Assembly: GCA_918797485.1 (NCBI GenBank)
Contig: CAKKNE010000003.1
Span: forward strand, 4,836,001 to 4,900,000
Reading direction: 5' to 3'
Origin: Pelagomonas calceolata
Taxonomy: Eukaryota
Length of the DNA stretch: 64,000 nucleotides
Numbering within the stretch: the first letter of the stretch is position 1; each line of letters begins with the position of its first letter. Of the stretch, positions 56,047 through 64,000 are shown piece after piece. Under the pieces are notes generated by a model. That model ran no database searches and had not been told where the DNA came from. It saw nothing but the letters and a program-made list of their open reading frames with translations. The position numbers and the translations under genes are program-made.

Positions 56047-56858
56047 AGCATATTATGTATGTCGTCGCGCGGGTTTAATGTAACTGTCATGTGTTTTGTA
56101 CAGGGATGCATGCTCTAACTCGATTTTGCCGAGATGGCGGGATTTGAAATGCGGCCTGGTTTGCGGTCCGTAGGTACCACGGTACGGTACCGTGACAAGC
56201 TGGTACCGCTGTACTTGCTGGTACTAGCAAGAGTTCAGCGATATTAGCTTCGGTATGTGCTGGTGTCAAATGAGCTGGGTGCAGCAAGTGCACAATGCAG
56301 CTGTTGTAGCTAGGTCTCTCGGGTGTCTATGTGACACGGAGATGCCAACTTGAACAGGAAGAACTCTCACTGAAACGTGAGAGTGTGGGAACCCCCATTT
56401 ATGTGGTACCTAAAAGATAATAAAAATCGCCCATATGCAAACGAATTGATCGCGGCAGTTGAAAGCCCTTGCGCTAATGGCGGAGTGCTGACCTTTGTGT
56501 TGGACTGTATCAGAAGCGCATCTCCTGGATCTACGGAAATATTTGGAAGGCGGTTGGCTATATCCCGTATCTTCTTACTTATCCAAGTGGATCAAGCCCG
56601 GCGCTAAGTAGCCGCCGTAAAAACACCGGGGTGAACCTAAAGTAAGTTCACTTTACCGGGCCCCTACCGTACTCTTCTACCGTAGTACTTAGTACTCTCA
56701 CTTCAAGTTTGATCTGGAGTGAATGTTCTATCTGGCCACATCCGAACCGTCGGGTATGTTTATATTCTAGCTAGCTAGCATCCTAATTGAACTCGGCCGC
56801 AAATATTTGAGCCCTCGAACCTGCGCCGCCTCGCAAAAGTCGTCGATTTCTAGTGCAC

Positions 56859-58318
56859 TCAGACTGCGGCCTTTTTCTTGCGGAAAGCAGCGTGGACCTT
56901 GCGTCGCTTGAAGGCAGGCGGCGGCGCGCCCGGGTCGCGGGCAGGCTGCGGCGCGCGCTCGGCGGCGGCCGCGTCGTCGTCGGCGAGCTTGATGCCGCGG
57001 TATTCGTCGGTGCGGTCGTGGACGCCGAGCTGCGAGGACAGGGCTTCGACGCGCTCGGCGCGCTCGCACATCTGCCGCGCGCGGTCGTCGATCGAGCCTG
57101 CGGCCTCGCGTCGCTGACGGTCGCGTTTGTCGCGGGCCGCATCCGCGTTCTCCCGGCGGCGGGCCCCGGCGGAAGCCTCGGCAGCGTCGTCGACTTGGCG
57201 CACGGCCACGGTCTGCCAGACTCCGAGTCCCGTGGCCTCGTCCCGCGCAATCGGAGCGGCCGGCCGAACCGACTCGGGGGGCGGCGCGTCGGCGCCATCG
57301 TCACAGTCGACCGTGCGGGGCACGTACGCGCCATCGACGGCGGCGACACGCAGATCGGCGGCTGCGAGGTCACGCAGCGTCGCGTCGCGCGCGACCGCCG
57401 CCAGGTGCGCGGCCGTCCGGCTCAGCGGCGGCGCCGCCGCAGTTTCGGCGGTCGCTGCGTGCCACGGGACCCGGCGCTCGGGCGCGGCGTCTAGCGGCGG
57501 TCCGGGCGCGGGTGGCGGCCCGGCCGGCGCCGCGTCGCGCGGGAGGAGCCGAACGTCGTACGTGCGCACCTCGCCGCCCTCGGCGCCCTTGGCGTGGCGC
57601 TTGACTTTGAGGATGGTCGCGGGGACCCACGCATCCGCGGACTCCAGCCAAACCTCACAGACCCCTCGCGTCCGGAGCTTGTCTGGGTGTCGTTCGCCCG
57701 CGAAGTAGAGTACGCCTGCGAGAACGCGCGTCCGACCACTCTATTACAACGAGGCTGCAGCGGACACGACAGAGCGACTCTGCGAGGCGCGAGCGAGACG
57801 GATTCGATGCCCCGAAAATGCGCCGGGAGCGCGCCGCGCACGGTGTACTCGCCCGCGTCGTCGTCGCCCGCGGGACGGTGGCCCTCCATCGCCTCGGCGT
57901 CGTCCGCCGATCGCGGCATCTGCCACGTCGGGCCCGTCCACTCGCGCGGCGGCGGCGCTCGGTGCCCGCCCGCCTCGCCCATGCCCGGCCACGTCGTCGG
58001 CCGTCCGCCTCTGCCCGCCGGCGCGGAGACGTTTAGCCCACCGGCGTTTAGCGCGCCGGCGAACGCGCCGCGCTCGCCGCGCGCCGACGCGCCCATCGAG
58101 GCCGCCGCCGCCGCTTCGATATCGGCGAGCTGCTTCTGGAGGTTCCGCGCGTCCGCCGGCACGCGCGGGCCCTGTCGCTTCTTCTTGAGGATCTGGGCCA
58201 CGCGGTCCTTGTGCCGCGCGCCCTCCTCGTGGCGCCGGACGGACTCCTTGGAGCCGCTCGTCCAGACCTTGCAGTAATTGCAGTAATGGCGCGCCTGGCT
58301 CACCCAGAAGTCGCACAT
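56859..58318 (-). CDS. U1C/matrin zinc-finger protein (WBP4-like); GC-AG intron 57716..57834
   Basis: FWVSQARHYCNYCKVW..HEEGARHK; ATGLGVWQTV; AFKRRK. Confidence 0.75.
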
Positions 58319-59139
58319 TTGGGCGGAGTGTCCACGGAGCGCTGTGATTTGTAGGCCGTCGTCACCTCTCGCGGCGCCGGAGTGGTCCCGGCTGCGGCTC
58401 TACTGCCGTCGAGCTTCTGCGCGCGGCCGATCGCGGACGCAATCTGGGACAGACGCAGTATCAACCTATAATATATTAGGGTCAATTTTTTGATAGATAA
58501 GGGCCGTATATTATGAATAGCTAGCCTGAGCATCCACTTGCTTGCTAGGGATGCCTAGTGTCTTACAGGCCGCTAGCTAGCATCCGCCGCGTCTCTTAGT
58601 TTTACTACTCAGTACACTGGCTCCTGTAAATAAATAATTAGAAATCGAGGACCGTGGACACGCAACTTGAATGGTCCATCACAGCGCTTGGCGCTTTTCG
58701 CCCCGGGCCCGCGCCCCCAGCCTGAGGCTTCCCAGTATCCGAGTCCGAGTCTAGTAACTTAGAAGGCTCCTAGGAACTTGTTCCTTATTTTCAAAGTTGT
58801 GCATTTTATTTTATTTTATTTGCTTTGCTTAGAGCTAGGCCGCCTAGCCGCGGCCCGCCGCGGGGTCTGTGTGATTATTTTATTTTATTTTATTTTATTG
58901 CCTCGCTTACCAGGCTGCCTAGCAGCGGAGCTGATGCGGGGTCTGCGTGACCGCACGCCCGCCCCGCCCCCGGGCCCGGCCCTCATACGTCGTCGCTTTT
59001 TAAATTTATTACCACAAGTTTATAAACTTCTCTAGAGAACTTGAATAATTAATCAAATTAGAAATCGACGACCGTGACAGAGAGGACGCAAGGTCCACAG
59101 CACGCCGCTTAGTAGTGGGCTTGAAATATTTATATGTTA

Positions 59140-61098
59140 TTAATAGCCGCAGTCGATCGGTGCGCGCCAGACACGGTCCTTCCCGTTGCACACGCGGAGG
59201 TGGTGGCCACCGGGCCGTGGGTAGCGATTCTTTTCGTCGACCGGCGAGCCGAGCACCTCCAGGACGGTGGCGACAGCGTCCGCGGCGGCGGCGACGTCGA
59301 CTGGGCCGTGGATGTCTGTCTGCTGGATGCGGCCATAGTGCGCGCCCCGCAAGCCCGCGAGGCACTGGAAGATAGACTTGTACCACATGGACTTTGGGCA
59401 GATCTCGACGACGGCCGCCCGACCGCGGTCACGCAGGTACGCGGCGTTCGCCAGGCCGGCCCCGTGCTGGGCGACCAGGACCGCACTCTGGTGCGCCTCG
59501 CACGCTTGCTCGCAGAGTGTCAGGTCTGCAAAGTCGACGACACGGAACTCGATTGCAGAAGACCAAGATTGCGCGTGGAGGTGAGCGACGAGGGCGTCGA
59601 AATTCGGCAGGCTCCGATTCTGATGCCTATTGTGCGGGTCGGCGCGTCGACGCACAAAGAGCAGGCGCGGCTTCGAGGGCACCAGTGGTTCAGGAGCGCA
59701 CGCGCACGCGCGCAGCATCGTCCGCGAGGCGACGTCGACGCGCCGCGCGAGCTCTCGCCTTGCCTCGATCGAGAAGAAACCGCATCCGTAGAGGTGCCAG
59801 TCGAGGCCCCACTCGGGCGGGCGCACGCGCCGCGGCGAAGGGCCCTCGAGGATGGACCAGTCGAGATCGTTGGAAAGCGTCACGTGGCGCGCCGTCGCGT
59901 CGCTGCCGTTGTGCGTCGACGCCCCGACGACACCGACCTGCACGCACTTCTCCCGACCGGCTAGACGCATCAGCTGCGGCAAAAACTTGTGATTGACACC
60001 GTGCTCGTTGAGGAGAAACGCGTCGCCCTGGAGCGGCCGTGATGTCTCCAGCCAGTTGAGAAAGGGCACGAGAAGTCCGAAGAAGAAGTGATAGTAATTG
60101 CTCGCTGCATCGCCGTGTCCAGCGCGAAACGACGCGATGTGGACCGTCCGGCTCCTTCCGCGGATTGCGGCGACGGGGCACGGAGCACGAGACGCACACA
60201 GGAGGTGGTGCGTCGCGCAAAGGTCGTCGAGAATGAGCGAGCGTTGTAACACGGCCGTGATCCGCGCCACAGCGGGCAGCTGGAAATTCGGTTGATTCGA
60301 CGAGGGGACCACGTGTGCGTGGATCGACAGCAAGCGGTCGCCAAGCCACCAGACTTGTCCGTCGTCGTCCACGGTGAGGTTCATGGTGTGGTCGCGACGG
60401 TCAAATGAGTGAGATCCCAGCAGGTTGAGCCACTCGACGTTGGCTCGCCGGTCGAGGTCGAAAGCGCTCTCGTTAAAGACGGTCCGAACAGTCTCGAGCG
60501 CCGCCTGCTCGAAGTACCGCGAGCGCCGCGTCGCGTTGCGCCACACGGCGAGCACCTCTCGACTCCGCGCGAAGACGTGACCGCCGTTGTACTTGCCGTA
60601 CCTCGCTTCAACCCTCGGCGCGCAGAGACACGGCGACACGCCCAGCACGCCGGGGCCAACGGAAGGAAACGGCGCGAGCCACACGACGTCGCAGTCCGCG
60701 TAGAGGACGCCAGACCAGCCGTCATCGAGCGCGCGGGCCATGACCGTCGTCTTCTCGAGCTGGAGGTGCGTCCAGACGGTCAGCTCGCCCCACCGTTGGC
60801 GCTTCATCCAGTTGCGGCTGAATGCTTCGTAACGGGCGAGGCACGGCGTGTCGACGACCGCGTGAATTTGCTGTTTGCGCGTCCAGTTGCTCGCGACCGA
60901 GTCCGTGCCCACGTAGACTTTTCTCGTCGCGTCGAAGCGATGCAACGTCCGCAGGAACAGCTCGAGCTCCCGGAGCGTCGGCTTCGTGGCCAGGGTCGCG
61001 AGCGCGTAGTCGCAGTTCGGCTGTTCTGCGGTCCAGCAGAGCGCGTGCCCGCGCGCCGTCGCCACGACGAGGGCAAGGGCGGGCCTTCCCAGCCCCAT
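59140..61098 (-). CDS. Fusion: nucleotide-diphospho-sugar transferase (GT77-like) + GT61/DUF563
   Basis: LYADCDVVW, YNGGHVF, EQAAL; then NYYHFF, RSLPN, VAQHGAGLANAAY, VVEI. Confidence 0.75.
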   Translation of the reverse strand: MGLGRPALALVVATARGHALCWTAEQPNCDYALATLATKPTLRELELFLRTLHRFDATRKVYVGTDSVASNWTRKQQIHAVVDTPCLARYEAFSRNWMKRQRWGELTVWTHLQLEKTTVMARALDDGWSGVLYADCDVVWLAPFPSVGPGVLGVSPCLCAPRVEARYGKYNGGHVFARSREVLAVWRNATRRSRYFEQAALETVRTVFNESAFDLDRRANVEWLNLLGSHSFDRRDHTMNLTVDDDGQVWWLGDRLLSIHAHVVPSSNQPNFQLPAVARITAVLQRSLILDDLCATHHLLCASRAPCPVAAIRGRSRTVHIASFRAGHGDAASNYYHFFFGLLVPFLNWLETSRPLQGDAFLLNEHGVNHKFLPQLMRLAGREKCVQVGVVGASTHNGSDATARHVTLSNDLDWSILEGPSPRRVRPPEWGLDWHLYGCGFFSIEARRELARRVDVASRTMLRACACAPEPLVPSKPRLLFVRRRADPHNRHQNRSLPNFDALVAHLHAQSWSSAIEFRVVDFADLTLCEQACEAHQSAVLVAQHGAGLANAAYLRDRGRAAVVEICPKSMWYKSIFQCLAGLRGAHYGRIQQTDIHGPVDVAAAADAVATVLEVLGSPVDEKNRYPRPGGHHLRVCNGKDRVWRAPIDCGY

Positions 61099-61223
61099 CC
61101 AGAGACTGCTAATTGCGGCGGTAGATTTCGGGGCAGCCGAAGAACGAACCGACAGAGACGTCGATGCCCCGCTCCGGTACGCGCGGCCGTGTTGCGGAAG
61201 GGGCTACAGCCGTACAGCGAAGC

Positions 61224-61452
61224 TAGAGAGAGAAACCTACTAACCCTTCCTACCCTAGATATGTATCTCCCACTCTCTAAATTTGAGTCTATACATCGAG
61301 TGTCTATTGCACTACGGTGTAACAACAACTTGCTATAAAACACTCTCGTAGCTAGGTTGGCCCAGCCTGTGCCCTCGGCTGGTGAGCTAGGACCCTGCTA
61401 CCGTGACTCGGACCTTACATAACGCTTCGACATACTCTTGCTAGGTTATGGG
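61224..61452 (+). mobile_element. LTR (61224..61443) + partial PBS
   Basis: LTR homology ending TCTTGCTA|GGTTATGGG. Confidence 0.85.
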
Positions 61453-61596
61453 ACCACTACAGCGATTGTGCTATGATACTGTAGTTACCTTTATCTAGAG
61501 CTCCTCTCAGGTCCCAGTAGATATCATCAGAGGCTAGTGGCCTGTATCTTAGGATACTTCAACTTGAAGTTCCTTCTCCCTCTTAATCTCCTTTAT

Positions 61597-61687
61597 AGCG
61601 TCAAAGACACTCGCTGTATAGACTCAATTATTAGAGAGTGGGAGATACATATCTAGGGTAGGAAGGGCTAGTAGGTTTCTCTCTCTA
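61597..61687 (-). mobile_element. Partial LTR, opposite orientation
   Basis: Reverse complement of the LTR 5' half. Confidence 0.8.
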
Positions 61688-61884
61688 CACAGGCAGCGTA
61701 CCAGCTTGTACCGCAGTACCTACGGTACCTACGGTACCGCAGTACCAGTACCGTAGGTACCATGGTACAGTAAAGGCCACCTCCCAAGCTTACAGCTCTC
61801 GGACAATCCAGCCCTAGCGAGGCGAAACGCTGCTCGCCTATTGAACAAAATAATAACATGGCGCATCAGATGCCACGGGATTAA

Positions 61885-63375
61885 ATGCGCGGAGGCGTCC
61901 GGGGTCCGTCGCGGTCGCCCGCGGCGGCGCCGGGCGGCGCCCCGGTGCTGCGCGAGTGCGACGTGTGCGGCACGCGCTGCGTCGCCAAGCGCTGCGGCCG
62001 CTGCGGTCGCCGGAGCTACTGCGGCGTGCGGTGCCAGCGTGAGGACTGGGCGTCGCACCGGGTTGCCTGCGGCGTCGCGCCGGCCGCCGCGTGCGCGGTG
62101 TGCGCGCGTGGGGGGACGACGACGGCGCCGCCATGCGGCCACGGGTTGTGCGCGGCCTGCGAGTACGCGCTGTCGAAGCGACGCAAGCCCGGCCGGCCCA
62201 AGTGCCCGCGGTGCCGGGCGCCGGAGCAGTCGGAAAGCGCCCTTATTCTCGAGGACGAGGTTCCACTGCTCCGCGCGCGGCACGCGGCCGTCGTCAGGAC
62301 CGACGCCGCGGAGGCGCGGCGACTGCTCTCGCGGGCGGCCGAACGGTGCCGCGCGGCGCAGGCCTGGGAGGCAGCAGCAGCGCGGCGCGACGCTGGCCTC
62401 GAGGGTCGCCGGAGCTCAAGGCGCCACGCGGTTCTCGCGGACCTTGAGCTCGGCGAGGCGCTCCTGGGCCTGGGCGACTTCGACGGCCGGCCGCCGCGTG
62501 TGATTTTTTGCGCGCTTTTTTGGGTCACTACCCCGAAACGTCGGACGCGCGCAGCGCAGGCGCGGCGACGTCGCTCGGTCGGGGCCTCCCGCTCGCCGAG
62601 GCGGGCGCGCCGGGCGAGCTCCCGGCCGCCACCGCCACCCTTTGGACGGGCCTCGCGCGGGCGCAACTCGAAATCGGCAACGCCGCTCAAATCCCGCGCC
62701 GAATGTTTTTGTTTCCCTTTGCTCGTCGACGCGCCGGTCGCACAGGCGGGCGCGGCGCACAGCGCGACGAGGGCGACGGCCCGCGCCGACGCGCCCTGGC
62801 AGGCGCACCACACTCTCGGCGCGGCGCAGGACCGCCTCGGCGAGCTCCGCGCCGCCACCGCAGCCTACCGTGCGGCGCTGGCGAAAGTCGGCGCGCACGA
62901 CGCCGAACGCGCCACCGTGCTCTTTAATCTCGGCCGGTGCTGCCGCGCGTCCGGCGACCTCGGCGACGCTGTCGAATGTCTCCGAGACTGCCTCGCGGCG
63001 AGTCCCGAGGACGGCGCCGCCGCCCGGGAACTGGCCGTCGCGCTCGAAGCCGCCGGCGATTCCGAGGCCGCCGTCGCCACGCTTCGGAAATATCTCGTCC
63101 GGAGCCCCGCGGACCTCGAGACCACGCGGGCTCTCGGCGCGATTCTTTTCTCGCGCGGCGACCTCCTCGCGGCGAGGGAGGTCTTCTATGGCCTCGCGCA
63201 CAGAGCTCCGGACGACGTCGATGGGCTCGTGCGCCTCGGGCTCGTCCACGCGCGCCTCGGCGACGCGCGCGAGGCCGAGATCCGCTGGCGCCGCGCGCTG
63301 GCGCTCGACCCGGCGTGCGTCGAGGCGCGCGCGAACCTTGCAGGCGTCAGATCCCCCGCTGCCGCGGGACTTTGA
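61885..63375 (+). CDS. MYND zinc finger + RING-like + TPR protein; introns ~62486..62559 and ~62685..62745
   Basis: CDVC..RCGRC..YCGVRCQREDWASHRVAC; PCGHGLCAAC..CPRCR; TPR ..ALALDP..ARANL. Confidence 0.7.
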   Translation: MRGGVRGPSRSPAAAPGGAPVLRECDVCGTRCVAKRCGRCGRRSYCGVRCQREDWASHRVACGVAPAAACAVCARGGTTTAPPCGHGLCAACEYALSKRRKPGRPKCPRCRAPEQSESALILEDEVPLLRARHAAVVRTDAAEARRLLSRAAERCRAAQAWEAAAARRDAGLEGRRSSRRHAVLADLELGEALLGLGDFDGRPPRVIFCALFWVTTPKRRTRAAQARRRRSVGASRSPRRARRASSRPPPPPFGRASRGRNSKSATPLKSRAECFCFPLLVDAPVAQAGAAHSATRATARADAPWQAHHTLGAAQDRLGELRAATAAYRAALAKVGAHDAERATVLFNLGRCCRASGDLGDAVECLRDCLAASPEDGAAARELAVALEAAGDSEAAVATLRKYLVRSPADLETTRALGAILFSRGDLLAAREVFYGLAHRAPDDVDGLVRLGLVHARLGDAREAEIRWRRALALDPACVEARANLAGVRSPAAAGL

Positions 63376-63710
63376 TACTTGTAGTCCCTGGCAGTATCTC
63401 GAGCTCGGGCGGGCCCTAGAGAGAGAGACACTTATTGTGCCCACCCAATGCCCACCCCTAGGTAGTACGGACCCCGAACGCAGCCGGCTACGGATACGGG
63501 TAAAAGTGCACTTATGGTATGTGTAAGTTTACCTTTTCCGAGCGTGTTTTTGGACGATATGTCCCCAGTGCGCGGCCTTCGCGCGGCTTCGACGAGGCGC
63601 CGGGGCGCTGCCGGGGGTCCCCTCGGATGGGCGCGCAACCGAAGCCGCGCAAAACGCTGCCCACGCAGCCCATCATGCCCTCAAACGGCGCACGGTCCCC
63701 TCCCAGCTAT

Positions 63711-64000
63711 TGTATAAGAAAAAGTCGAGGGGTTCTGTAAAAGTCGGTATCCCATTCGCTTTCTCGAAACCTAGCTTTGGCGATGATTTTGGCGATAGTT
63801 CACCACCAACTGCCACCTACGCGCACCGTGACACCACCGAACACCGCCCGCGCGCACCGTGGACCCCAGGGGACGCGGACATTGTTATCTTTACTGGAGG
63901 TGTATCCCTGCGACCCAGAGTGCAGAACCCCCCAAGGAATTATATAAGAAAAGCTCGGGGGGTCCTGCAAAAGTCGGCATCTGATTCGCTTTCTCGAAAA
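63711..64000. repeat. Degenerate direct repeat, ~230-bp spacing, truncated by window end
   Basis: TATAAGAAAA..GGGG..CTG.AAAAGTCGG.ATC..ATTCGCTTTCTCGAAA at 63711 and 63941. Confidence 0.65.

Noticed and set aside
1..64000. tRNA, rRNA, snRNA genes; an autonomous transposase for the footprints or introners
   Set aside because: None recognised by eye in this window.

Overview
Eukaryotic nuclear DNA, most likely from a pelagophyte (Aureococcus/Pelagomonas-like) stramenopile alga. This is inferred from very GC-rich compact genes, an FCP/LHC gene with an ASAF plastid-targeting motif, plastid IspH, a Sec-containing PDI-like gene and introner-type introns. About 29 genes: CWC22, BCCIP-like, FCP1-like phosphatase, TYW3-TYW2 fusion, LHC, RNASEH2B, MTR4, PWP1-like, RPE, IspH, CNOT9, two 2OG-Fe(II) oxygenases, a calponin-repeat protein, and about eight glycan-modifying enzymes. 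The AT-richer spacers are full of TE debris: a Copia-type LTR family with TA...TA ends (including an intact 884-bp TRIM-like element), hAT-like MITEs and LINE 3' ends. Main observations: (1) old repeats carry a rule-based 6-bp micro-insertion, XY -> XY-C-revcomp(XY)-G-XY, often nested, which looks like a stereotyped hairpin-type transposon excision footprint; (2) all 20 inferred introns are followed by AG|GY, about half use GC donors, and most show a decayed 8-nt TSD plus TIR, i.e. look like introners of different ages; (3) a UGA selenoprotein with an atypical SECIS candidate; (4) TA-CCG-TA/TA-GG-TA clusters just upstream of many start codons. Intron boundaries were inferred by eye from protein motif continuity, not from transcripts.
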